Numbered from the whole stretch's first letter, positions 24,036 through 35,522 are shown. The stretch is DNA of 63,963 nucleotides, filler included, from Lama guanicoe (GCA_013239625.1; 80 parts of 79 records of this genome joined end to end with filler, not necessarily neighbours in it), one strand, 5' to 3'. Notes: generated by a model from the letters alone, not told the origin. Made by a program: numbers and translations.

Positions 24036-24952
24036 CTGAAGAGAGCTGCGTGGAGTTGTCTCTCGAGATCCCCCACGTACTGACTATGGTTCCGGGATCC
24101 TGAGCGTGTGGAGGTTCCACCAACGGTCGACAACGCGTGGGTTCTAACTGAATGCCTAAGCTCGACTCCCCTGGGTTTTTTCCTACTCTCTCTGTGCCAG
24201 GGAATGCTAGGGTTGTTTGCAGGAAATCCCAGTGACAGAGGCTGCCTCCCCAAGGTCAGGGAAGTTATTTCTCAGAATTACCCCTAACAGGGAACACCTG
24301 AGACTGAAGAGAGCTGCGTGGAGTTGTCTCTCGAGATCCCCCACGTACTGACTATGGTTCCGGAATCCTGAGCGTGGGGAGGTTCCACCAACGGTCGGCA
24401 ACACGTGGGTTTTAACGGAATGCCTCAGCTCGACTCCCCTTGGTTTTTTCCTACTCTCTCTGTGCCAGGGAATGCTAGGGTTGTTTGCAGGAAATCCCAG
24501 TGACAGAGGCTGCCTCCCCAAGGTCAGGGAAGTTATTTCTCAGAAAACCTGGGTTTTTTCCGAATGTCTCTGTTCCAGGGAATGCTAGGGGGTTTGCAGG
24601 CAATCCCAGCGACAGAGGCTGCCTCCCCAAAGTCAGGGAAGGTATTTCTCAGAATTCCCGCTAACAGGGAACACCTGTGACTGAAGAGAGCTGCGTGGAG
24701 TTGTCTCTCGAGCTCCCCACGCACTAACAATGGTCCCGGAATCCTGAGCGTGGGGAGGGTCCACCATCTGTCAGCAGCGCATTTGTTCTAACGGAATGCC
24801 TAAGCTCGACTCCCCTGGGTTATTTCCTAATGTCTTTTTGCCAGGGAATTCTAGGGTGGTTTGTAGGAAATCCCAGTGACCGAGGCTGCCTCCCCAAAGT
24901 CATGGAAGGTATTTCTCAGAATTCCCCCTAACAGGGAACACCTGAGACTGAA
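24036..24952 (-). repeat. 267-bp satellite (family A) with one truncated monomer
   Basis: Anchor ctgaa(gagagc) at 24036, 24304, 24681 and 24948 (periods 268, 377, 267). Confidence 0.96.
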
Positions 24953-25052
24953 NNNNNNNNNNNNNNNNNNNNNNNNNNNNNNNNNNNNNNNNNNNNTTAA
25001 TTAATTAANNNNNNNNNNNNNNNNNNNNNNNNNNNNNNNNNNNNNNNNNNNN

Positions 25053-25867
25053 AATGTATAACACAGAATATAGAATATAGACTACGGAATTGAGAAAATA
25101 GTTGGTTGAATATAGAATGAAGAACACAAAATATAGAATAGAGAATATAGAATATAGAACCCAGGATTTAGAAATTGAATGCAGAACACATAATTTAGAA
25201 TATAGAATACAGAATACTGAATATAGATTTTAGAACATGGAATGCAGAACCCAGAATATAGAATAAAGAATACGGAATTCTGAATATAGGATTTAGAATA
25301 TAGAATGTAGAACACAGAGTATAGAATATAGATTTCGGAATACAGAATATGCAATTTAGAATATTGAATGTAGAACACAGAATATAGAGTATAGAATACG
25401 GAATGCAGAATATACAATACAGAGCATAGAATTTAGAACATAGAATATAGAATATGGAAAACAGAATACAAAACACAGAATTGAAAACATGGAATGCAAA
25501 ACGCAGAATTAAGAATATAGAATACAAAACACTGAATATAGAATTTTGAATAAAGAATGTAGAACAAAGCATTTAGAATATAGATTAAGTATACTGAATA
25601 TAGAATTTAGAATATAGAATGAAGAAAACAGAATATAGAATAGAGGATAGAGAATATAGAACCCAGAATTTAGAACATGGAAAATAGAACACAGAATTTA
25701 GAATATAGAATACAGAATACTGAATATCGAATTTAGAATATAGAATGTAGAACACAATGTAGAACATATGGAATGTATATTAAAGAATGCACAATATTGA
25801 ATAAAGAGTATAGAATGCCCAACACAAAATTTAGAATTTGGAAAACAGAATATAGAACCCAGAATTT
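25053..25867 (+). repeat. 7-bp AT-rich satellite
   Basis: GAA-anchored 7-mers. Confidence 0.95.
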
Positions 25868-25967
25868 NNNNNNNNNNNNNNNNNNNNNNNNNNNNNNNNN
25901 NNNNNNNNNNNTTAATTAATTAANNNNNNNNNNNNNNNNNNNNNNNNNNNNNNNNNNNNNNNNNNNN

Positions 25968-26366
25968 TCTGGGGTTCTGAGTGTGGGGAGGTTCCTCCAA
26001 CAGTCAGCAGCACCTGTGTTTTAATAGGAACCCTTTGCTTGACTTCCCTAAGTGTTTTCCTAGGCCTAGCAGTAAGCGATGGTGGGGGATGGGCTCTAAA
26101 GCCAAGTATTAGCGAGTGCATCTCTGTGGGTAGTGGAGGGTTTTAAACTACTTCCCCAACCTTGGAACACCTGTGCCCAATAAAGATGCGTGGAATCTGT
26201 TTCCCCACCTCCAGAATACACACGGAGACGTGCTCAGGTATCCTGATTGTGGGGAGGCTCCTCCAAATGACAGCAGCGCCTCGGATCTAAAAGAATCCCT
26301 TAGCTTGTCTTCCATGTTGGCATGCCTAGGCGGGAGAGTGGGGGAACGTGGGGGTTGGGCTCTAAA
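25968..26366 (-). repeat. ~266-bp satellite (family C), 1.5 monomers
   Basis: gtggggagg at 25983 and 26249 (period 266). Confidence 0.88.
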
Positions 26367-26466
26367 NNNNNNNNNNNNNNNNNNNNNNNNNNNNNNNNNN
26401 NNNNNNNNNNTTAATTAATTAANNNNNNNNNNNNNNNNNNNNNNNNNNNNNNNNNNNNNNNNNNNN

Positions 26467-27495
26467 ATTTAGAACACGGAATGAAGAACACAGAATTTTG
26501 AATATAGAATATAGAGTTTACTATATACAATGTAGAACACAGAATTTTGAATATAGAATAGAGAATACTGAATATAGAATTTAGAGTACAGAATGTAGAA
26601 CACAGAATATAGATTAAAGAANNNNNNNNNNNNNNNNNNNNNNNNNNNNNNNNNNNNNNNNNNNNNNNNNNNNNNNNNNNNNNNNNNNNNNNNNNNNNNN
26701 NNNNNNNNNNNNNNNNNNNNNNNNNNNNNNNNNNNNNNNNNNNNNNNNNNNNNNNNNNNNNNNNNNNNNNNNNNNNNNNNNNNNNNNNNNNNNNNNNNNN
26801 NNNNNNNNNNNNNNNNNNNNNNNNNNNNNNNNNNNNNNNNNNNNNNNNNNNNNNNNNNNNNNNNNNNNNNNNNNNNNNNNNNNNNNNNNNNNNNNNNNNN
26901 NNNNNNNNNNNNNNNNNNNNNNNNNNNNNNNNNNNNNNNNNNNNNNNNNNNNNNNNNNNNNNNNNNNNNNNNNNNNNNNNNNNNNNNNNNNNNAACATAG
27001 AATGCAGAACCCAGAATTTAGAATATAGAATACAGAATACTGAATGTAGAATTTAGAACATGGAATGCAGAACACAGAATTTAGAATATTGAATACAGAA
27101 TAATGAATATAGAATTTAGAATATAGAATGTAGCACACAGAATATAGTATATATAATAGAGAATATAGAACCCAGAATTTAGAACATGGCATGCAGAACA
27201 CAAAATTAATAAAATAAAATACAGAATACTGAATATAGGATTTAGAACACAGGATATAGAATATAGAATACGGAATGCAGAATATAGAATACCAAATATA
27301 GTATAGAGAACACAAATTATAAAATATGGAATAGAGAATACATAACCCAGAATTTAGAATATGAAATGCAGAACACAGAATTTGGAATATAGAATGTAGA
27401 ATTTAGAATATAGAATGTAGAATATAGAATGAAGAGCACACAATAGAGAATATAGAATAGAGAATATAGAACACAGAATTTAGAACACGGAATGA
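26467..27495 (+). repeat. 7-bp AT-rich satellite
   Basis: GAA-anchored 7-mers. Confidence 0.95.
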
Positions 27496-27597
27496 NNNNN
27501 NNNNNNNNNNNNNNNNNNNNNNNNNNNNNNNNNNNNNNNTTAATTAATTAANNNNNNNNNNNNNNNNNNNNNNNNNNNNNNNNNNNNNNNNNNNNAT

Positions 27598-27881
27598 TCT
27601 CTGACATTTCCAAAAAAACTCTTGAAAATGCCTGGGAGTGACCAATTTAAATCCATCTGGTTGGAAGATAATGGATCTTTCATTGTGATTGATGAAGATG
27701 TCTTTAAGAAGGAAGTTTTGGAAAGAAAGGCTCCTTTCAGAAAATTTGAAACTGGAAGTATGAAAAGTTTACTTAGACAGCTTTACCATATGGGTTTAGG
27801 AAAGTGCGGCAGAATTTTCAAACTTCTGCTTGTCTAGCTGACTTTCTGGCTGAAGAAAAAGGAGTCTCTGTTTTAAGTAAA
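27598..27881 (+). pseudogene. HSFY: HSFY-like pseudogene: 3' part of exon 1 (HSF DNA-binding domain) followed by intron
   Basis: SLTFPKKLLKMPGSDQFKSIWLEDNGSFIVIDEDVFKKEVLERKAPFRKFETGSMKSLLRQL, then a 1-nt frameshift at about 27787, then YGFRKVRQNFQTSACLADFLAEEKGVSVLSK and GTATTC at 27882. Matches recalled HSFY (FPRKLWKIVESDQFKSI...RQLNLYGFSK...FLSEEKESSVLSK). Confidence 0.9.
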
Positions 27882-28248
27882 GTATTCAGAAATTTTAGTT
27901 ACCACTTGGTAACTTATATATAAAATTTTATTTTGTTTATCAATCAATGGTAATATAAATATAAAGCTAGATTTTGAAAATTTTATAAAACTGCTAAGGC
28001 TAAAATCCTTTACTTTTTCTAAAAAATGAGGACAGTACATTAAGTAGTCAATATTATGAGAAACTTCGCTTGCAACTTTGAATCTTTCCAGAAATCCATA
28101 TAAAGGTATTAAAGCTGCTTTTAAAAAGTGGCATTGACCGTTACTGCANNNNNNNNNNNNNNNNNNNNNNNNNNNNNNNNNNNNNNNNNNNNTTAATTAA
28201 TTAANNNNNNNNNNNNNNNNNNNNNNNNNNNNNNNNNNNNNNNNNNNN

Positions 28249-29312
28249 CCGTTAGAACCCACGCACTGCCGACCGTTGGTGTAACCTCCCCACGCTCTTG
28301 ATTCCGGAACCATTGTCAGTGCCATGGGGAGCTCGAGTGACAACTCCACGAAGCTCTCTTCAGTCACAGGTGTTCCGTGTTCGGGGAAGTCCGAGAAAGA
28401 ACTTCCCTGACCATGGGGAGGCAGCCTCTGTCCCTGGGACTTCCTGAAATCCCCCCTAGCATTCCCTGGCACAGAGANNNNNNNNNNNNNNNNNNNNNNN
28501 NNNNNNNNNNNNNNNNNNNNNNCACGCGCTGCGTTGGTGGAACCTCCCCACGCTCAGGATTCCGGAACCATTGTCAGTGCGTGGGGGAGTTCGAGAGACA
28601 ACTCCAAGCAGCTCTCGTAAGTCCCAGGTGTTCCCTGTTAGGTGAAGTCCGAGAAATACCTTCCCTTAACTTGGGGAGCCAGCCGTTGTCACTGGGAATT
28701 CCTGCAAACACCCCTAGCATTCCCTGGCACAGAGACATTAGGAAAACCCTCAGGGGAGACGAGCTTAGGCATTCCGTTAGAACCCACACGCTGCCCTCCG
28801 TTGGTGGAACCTCCCCACGCTCAGGATTCCGGAACCATTGTCAGTNNNNNNNNNNNNNNNNNNNNNNNNNNNNNNNNNNNNNNNNNNNNNNNNNNNNNNN
28901 NNNNNNNNNNNNNNNNNNNNNNNNNNNNNNNNNNNNNNNNNNNNNNNNNNNNNNNNNNNNNNNNNNNNNNNNNNNNNNNNNNNNNNNNNNNNNNNNNNNN
29001 NNNNNNNNNNNNNNNNNNNNNNNNNNNNNNNNNNNNNNNNNNNNNNNNNNNNNNNNNNNNNNNNNNNNNNNNNNNNNNNNNCAGGATTCCAGAACCATTG
29101 TCAGTGCGTGGGGGAGCTCGAGAGACAACTCCACGGAGCTCTCTTCAGTCACAGGTGTTCCCTGTTCGGGGAAGTCCGAGAAATACCTTCCCTGAACTTG
29201 GGGAGGCAGCCTTTGTCACTGGGACTTCCTGCAAACCCCGCTAGCAATCCCTGGCACAGTGAAATAAGGAAAACCCTCAGGGGAGACGAGCTTAGGCATT
29301 CTGTTAGAACCC
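28249..29312 (+). repeat. 267-bp satellite (family A)
   Basis: Repeated caggattccggaaccattgtcagt and other family A blocks. Confidence 0.96.
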
Positions 29313-29412
29313 NNNNNNNNNNNNNNNNNNNNNNNNNNNNNNNNNNNNNNNNNNNNTTAATTAATTAANNNNNNNNNNNNNNNNNNNNNNNNNNNNNNNN
29401 NNNNNNNNNNNN

Positions 29413-30261
29413 ATTAACCTCTGTAGAACTCTGGAAATTTAACCAAGGCTTCCAGCAATACAGGGAGTCTTTATTTGAGAAAAAAAAAGCAGCAAAATCT
29501 TCATAAAGATAATGAGTTATGTTGCATTGTAACTTGATCTACCCCATCCCTGTATCCTCACCTAAATGGTGGCCTTTAACAGCAGTAGTCTCACAATTAA
29601 GGTAGGGGCAGAAGTGATTTAAAGTTACCCAAAAATTCCGCCCCCAGAGAGCTGTCACTATGTGACCTATCACAAACTCATGCTGTGCAAACAGCCTGTC
29701 CCCAGAGTGTGTGTGGAAAACAATCAGCAGTGAGTATTTAACATTACAACTGCCTGAGGCAGTGGGACCAGTAGAGGCTAACTAGATGCTGACAAGGAAA
29801 CTTAGAGGGCAAAATTGAGTAATGAGACGTTCTGGGGGTGAAGGTAGGGTTAAAAAGGTCCAAAAAATTTCTGAGAATTGTAGAAGGCAATATACATGTG
29901 TGGCACATGGCAAGGAAAGATCTGAGAAAATCCTAAGCCTTCAACTCTGGCTGAACTTGAGGTTCTGCATAAGCAAAAACTAAAGGCTACGGAAGAGCTG
30001 CAGACTGCATGCAGCATGCCGGTGGGCATCCCTCAGCATGCAGACACACAGCAACCTGGCAACAGCTCAAACGATTGGCTCCAGGCATTGAAAGAAATCA
30101 CTGTCCAATCATTATTACAGTGATGACAACTAGGCTTTCTGCACACACACTGATCTCATGTTCATGCATGATAAAGAATACAGACTTTACAGAATTTTTT
30201 CAGAAAAGTAACAATAAATAGCAGCAGCAGCAATGACAATGAAAGCAATGATAAACCCTGG
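29413..30261 (+). mobile_element. Ancient L1 5' region (L1M4/L1MC-type)
   Basis: agaactctggaaatttaaccaaggcttccagcaatacagggag...gagttatgttgcattgtaacttgatctaccccatccc resembles the recalled L1M4-type 5' end. Confidence 0.6.
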
Positions 30262-31040
30262 NNNNNNNNNNNNNNNNNNNNNNNNNNNNNNNNNNNNNNN
30301 NNNNNTTAATTAATTAANNNNNNNNNNNNNNNNNNNNNNNNNNNNNNNNNNNNNNNNNNNNAAACAGTGAATCTGTCAGAATATCTGGCCTCTGCTGTGT
30401 CTGAGAGCTGAGACGAGGCGCAGCTTCTAGGTGTGTGGGGAGGGACATGTGAGTTTGCTCTGTGGAACTGGTTTTCACACCATCTGATCAGCGTCCCCAA
30501 TGCTGACTGCATCCCCGGGTCACCTGAGCTCCTCTTGAATGAAGCAGATGACTGGGCCTTACTTAAATGATTTAACAGGTCCCCAGCAAGTCCAGTGCTT
30601 TACAGGTGTCCTGACAGCATGGACCCAAACAGCAAAAAAAAACAAAAATGACTTCAGAATAAGACTACATTAATTATTTTGGAGACGGTTTTTCCTTCTT
30701 GTACAATTTTCAGAGGGATTTTGTAACACACGTGCACACACAGTCAGGGAGATGAGTAAACTAAACANNNNNNNNNNNNNNNNNNNNNNNNNNNNNNNNN
30801 NNNNNNNNNNNTTAATTAATTAANNNNNNNNNNNNNNNNNNNNNNNNNNNNNNNNNNNNNNNNNNNNGACTTTGGATACCTGCCTAGAAGCACGGGCACA
30901 GTTGAGGCTGCATCATACATTTTGCTGCCCATCCCTTTCTCTGGCTCCGTGATCACGGCAGAGTGGTTCCTTGTTGACCTGTCAATCTCCTCTGTGACAT
31001 CATAACCCATGAAAAGACCGGAGCATATTAACTTGGCTTT

Positions 31041-31096
31041 GTTAAAGTCAAAGGAACAGATCAAATATGGAATCAGATTTGTTCTTTCCTATTTCA
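31041..31096 (-). mobile_element. Short LTR 5' end fragment
   Basis: Reverse complement tgaaataggaaagaacaaatctgattccatatttgatctg matches the LTR start at 48055 (tgtaatacaaaagaacaaatttgactccatgttagat). Confidence 0.55.
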
Positions 31097-31350
31097 GTAG
31101 TGCCATGGAGAAGGCAGTTTGGGCAGCTTTTTGTAGTGTCCTGGAGGCTTTCTCTCTCAGGTTCTGGGCGCCTCTGTTGAAAACCCTTCATAGCTCTCTG
31201 GCCTGCTGGAAAAGCACTCTGCCTGTTTTGCCTTGAAGATGTGTTCTGTTTATACCTCATCTCTACTCCTTGGAAAACAACTCAATAAAAACTCAGTTGG
31301 TTTTCCACTAGCCATGGGTAGGGGTGAGGTATACCATGTTATTATTTCAT

Positions 31351-31406
31351 AAAATAATAGTAATAATAGTAATAGTAATAATAATAGTAATAATAATAAT
31401 AATAAA
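31351..31406. repeat. (TAA/TAG)n microsatellite
   Basis: Directly visible; it produces the poly-Leu pseudo-ORF at 31250-31447. Confidence 0.92.
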
Positions 31407-31690
31407 AGAAGTCTTAAAACAGGACTGAGCACATTGGAGAGAGTCAATAATTGCTTTCTGACTTAAATCAAAACTGATGACTCAGTGATTCCATGGCTCT
31501 TGTATTTGCTAAGGTAGTAACTCCTTTGCTCCATTACACTTTTTTTTTAACTGAAAAAGAAATACAAGCAAATGGTTAAAAATAACTCAGNNNNNNNNNN
31601 NNNNNNNNNNNNNNNNNNNNNNNNNNNNNNNNNNTTAATTAATTAANNNNNNNNNNNNNNNNNNNNNNNNNNNNNNNNNNNNNNNNNNNN

Positions 31691-32466
31691 GAAAGCCAAG
31701 AACGTATTATCTATGTGAATTCAGGAATTACACAGCATCTAAAGGAGGTGGAACCTCAGTAGACCTACCAGCAGCTGTATGATTCAAATCAACAAAGTTC
31801 ACGAATATCCCAGTGATTTATAATGCACCTGGAGGAAACAACATAGTCACAAGGGAACCTCCAGAGGGGTTTCAGCTGATAACTCGGCAGCAATATTGCA
31901 CGGCATGGAGGAGTGCCAGGACACAGACCATAACCTGAATGGCCAAATGCTGCCACCTAGGGTACCCTATGCCAAATGACCACCATTTCTAATAACGGCA
32001 GAACTAGAGAATTCCACAGAAGAGCAAATCTTTAAAGAATTCACCATTTCAAAACTTATCCTACAAAAATGGTTGAGAAATCTACCATGAATAGAAAAGC
32101 AGCAAGATGAAATGGAAACAAGAAACCATCATTGGAAATGCAAGAAGAGCATGACTGGCAAAGTAGAAACAAGAAGAAGGTAAGGTGGTCATCAAAACCC
32201 TAAAGATGGGAGAGGGAAGCAGGAAATCATAGGTGATTGGAAGCACTCTCTTAAGTGAATCAGCTTATTTGACTCTCTGTTTGAAGTGAAAGGAAAGATG
32301 CATAGCCTGACGTGTTTGTAAAACCAGCGAGAAGCAGACCAACAAAGAATCAAACCTACCAACAAGCACCAAAATTTTACGGATGGCTGAAATTTACCAA
32401 GGGAACCATGATTATTTAAAAGAAAATACCCAATTTGATGTCAAGGGTCATTCAGCACCCATCGAC
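31691..32466 (+). repeat. Unidentified multi-copy sequence (paralogue of 55352-56239)
   Basis: 31833-32466 is the high-identity reverse complement of 55610-56239. Confidence 0.9.
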
Positions 32467-33088
32467 NNNNNNNNNNNNNNNNNNNNNNNNNNNNNNNNNN
32501 NNNNNNNNNNTTAATTAATTAANNNNNNNNNNNNNNNNNNNNNNNNNNNNNNNNNNNNNNNNNNNNCTTCTCTTACTCCTGTAATCTTTGTAAAAACAAA
32601 ATGTTTTAAGCATTTCAAAAAATTCACCAACTCACCAAGTTTCACAGATCCTCAGGTAGTTCTGATTACATCGTAAATGCTTGTGACTTTCTTGATGTTA
32701 TGAACATGCATTTTAACCTTCCTAGAATTTCACAAAGGGAACAAATTACTTCACATAGAGCATTATGTCTAACAGGTTCCTTCCAATGTTTTATTATAAG
32801 TCTCAGAAGTACAGAAAACTGTTTAATAGGATGATAAATTCCCATATGCCCACCACCTAAATTCAATCATTGTTAATACTGTTGAACTATTTGCAAGCAA
32901 GTTGCACAAATCATGACAGTTGTCTCCTATGTATTTAAGGAATGCACCTTATGGTGAAATCAAATAAAAAAATCAGTATTTTATATTTNNNNNNNNNNNN
33001 NNNNNNNNNNNNNNNNNNNNNNNNNNNNNNNNTTAATTAATTAANNNNNNNNNNNNNNNNNNNNNNNNNNNNNNNNNNNNNNNNNNNN

Positions 33089-33825
33089 AACGAACGTGTC
33101 TCCACATGCTCAGTTCTGAGATAAAAATTTGTGTGAATGCCGTCCTTCAAATAGCTTGAAAGAAAACAAAGTTTCTTTTCAGTTGCCATCTCCACTCCAT
33201 ATATATATTTGGGGAGGTACAAGCTCCAACTCGCTTTTACAGTGAAAATGGCAGGCACTTCAAACCGGCACTAGGAAACAGACTGAGAAACCAGAGTAAG
33301 TGTTTCTCCTGCAACCCGTTCCCTTTGTGCTGGATGAGCGAACGTCTCTCCACATGCTCAGTTCTGAGAGATAAGTGTGTGTGAAAGCCGTCCTTCACCT
33401 AGCTTGAAGAGAACACAAAGTTTCTTTTCAGTTGCCAACTCCAATCCATACAAATATATGGGGAGGTACAAACTATAACTCGGTTTTCAGTCAAAACGGC
33501 AGGCACTTCAAACCGGCACTATGAAACAGACTGAGAAACCAGAGTAAGTGCTTCTCCTGCAACCCGTTCCCTTTGTGCTGGATGAACGAACGTCTTTCCA
33601 CATGCTCAGATCTGAGAGATAAGTGTGTGTGAAAGCCGTCCTTCACCTAGCTTGAAGGGAACACAAAGTTTCTTTTCAGTTGCCAAATCCACTCCCTACA
33701 TATATATGGGGAGCTATAAGCTCCTAATCGGTTTTACAGTGAAAAAGGCAGGCACTTCAAACCGGCACTTAGAAAGCGACTGAGTAACCAGAGTAAGTGT
33801 TTCTCCTGCAACCCGTTCCCTTTGT
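33089..33825 (+). repeat. ~249-bp satellite (family B), 3 homogeneous monomers
   Basis: caaaccggca at 33261, 33509 and 33758 (periods 248, 249). Confidence 0.96.
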
Positions 33826-33925
33826 NNNNNNNNNNNNNNNNNNNNNNNNNNNNNNNNNNNNNNNNNNNNTTAATTAATTAANNNNNNNNNNNNNNNNNNN
33901 NNNNNNNNNNNNNNNNNNNNNNNNN

Positions 33926-34783
33926 TCTGTGCCAGGGAATGCTAGGGGGGTTTGCAGGAAATCCCATGACAGAGTTTGCCTCCCCAAAGTCCAAGAAGGT
34001 ATTTCTCAGAATTCCCCCTAACAGGGAACACCTGTGAATGAAGAGAGCTGGGTGGAGTTGTCTCTCGAGCTCCCCACACACTGACAATGGTACCGGAATC
34101 CTGAGCGTGGGGAGGTTCCACCAACGGTCGGCAGCGCGTGGGTTCTAACGGAATGCCTAATCCCCTGGGTTTTTTCCTAATGTCTCTGTGCCAGGGAATG
34201 CAAGGGGGTTTTGCAGGAAATCCCAGTGACGGTGGCTGCCTCCCCAAGTCAGGAAAGTTATTTCTCAGAATTCCCCCTAACAGGGAACACCTATGACTGA
34301 AGAGAGCTGCGTGGAGTTGTCTCTCGAGCTCCCCACGCACTGACAATGGTTCCGGAATCCTGAGCATGGGGAGGTTCCACCAACTTTCGGCAGCGCGTGG
34401 GTTCTAACGGAATGCCTAAGCTTGACTCCCCTGGGCCTTTTCCTAATTTCTCTGTGCCAGGGAATGCTAGGGGGGTTTGCAGGAAATCCCAGTGACAGAG
34501 GCTGCCTCCCCAAGGTCAGGGAAAGTATTTCTCAGAATTCCCCCAAACAGGGAACAACTGTGACTGAAGAGAGCTGCGTGGAGTTGTCTCTCGAGCGCCC
34601 CACGCACTGACAATGTTTCCGGAATCCTGAGCGTGGGGAGGTTCCACTAACGGTTGGCAGCGCGTGGGTTCTAACGGAATGCGTAAGCTCCACTCCCCTG
34701 GGTTTTTTCCTAATGTCTCTGTTCCAGTTAAAGATAGGGGGGGTTTCAGGCAATCCCAGTGACAGAGGCTGCCTCCCCAAGGT
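33926..34783 (-). repeat. 267-bp satellite (family A), about 3.2 monomers
   Basis: Tandem family A monomers with small indels. Confidence 0.96.
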
Positions 34784-34883
34784 NNNNNNNNNNNNNNNNN
34801 NNNNNNNNNNNNNNNNNNNNNNNNNNNTTAATTAATTAANNNNNNNNNNNNNNNNNNNNNNNNNNNNNNNNNNNNNNNNNNNN

Positions 34884-35422
34884 TATCTTACCCAGCATAC
34901 TCTATACAGCCATCCATACTGAATATATTGAGCTGGCCATTTCATATCCAGCCTGGATATGTGACATTCCTAACAGATTGTTTATCAGTTCAGCCCATGA
35001 GCTTATTCTCTAGAGCCTTCAGACAGGGGCCTACAAACCCAACATCCCTTGACAGAAAACTGGATGAAGAAAATTTGATGTATATATGCAATGGAATCAA
35101 TACTTTGCATTCCTATCATCAGTGTCCATGGCGTTCTGTTTTCTCCTCAATCTCACCAACATAATCACCAACATATATTTCTTTTCTTTTTGATGAGAGC
35201 CTTCTGAGAAGTGTGAGGTCTTGTCTCATTTTTGGTTTATGACTTTCCTTCTAATTCATAACTCTGAACACAATTTCATGTGTCATTTAGCCAACTGTAA
35301 GTTTTCTACAGAAAATTGATTCTGATTAATCTATTCAGTTCCTATGGACACTTTTTTTAAATTGGATTGTTTTGTCTTTTTTGTTGTTGTTGTGTATGTT
35401 TGCATATATTTTGGATATTAGC
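34884..35422. repeat. Duplicated segment containing rearranged old L1 (paralogue of 45402-45819)
   Basis: gtttatcagttcagcccatg...cagacaggggcctacaaacc...gatgagagccttct is shared. A sense L1 piece joins an antisense L1 piece at about 35097. Confidence 0.85.
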
Positions 35423-35522
35423 NNNNNNNNNNNNNNNNNNNNNNNNNNNNNNNNNNNNNNNNNNNNTTAATTAATTAANNNNNNNNNNNNNNNNNNNNNN
35501 NNNNNNNNNNNNNNNNNNNNNN

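Noticed and set aside
25082..27315. Y/I/L/S/F-rich ORFs resembling membrane proteins
   Set aside because: Translations of the pyrimidine strand of the 7-bp satellite.
25053..28148. HSFY fragment lying next to GAA-rich satellite, suggesting an HSF-satellite system
   Set aside because: The contigs are joined artificially. GAA repeats head-to-tail every 7 bp do not form the alternating nGAAn heat-shock element.
30816..31260. ORFs of 70-82 aa as a possible exon
   Set aside because: They overlap an LTR fragment (31041-31096) and show no recognisable homology.
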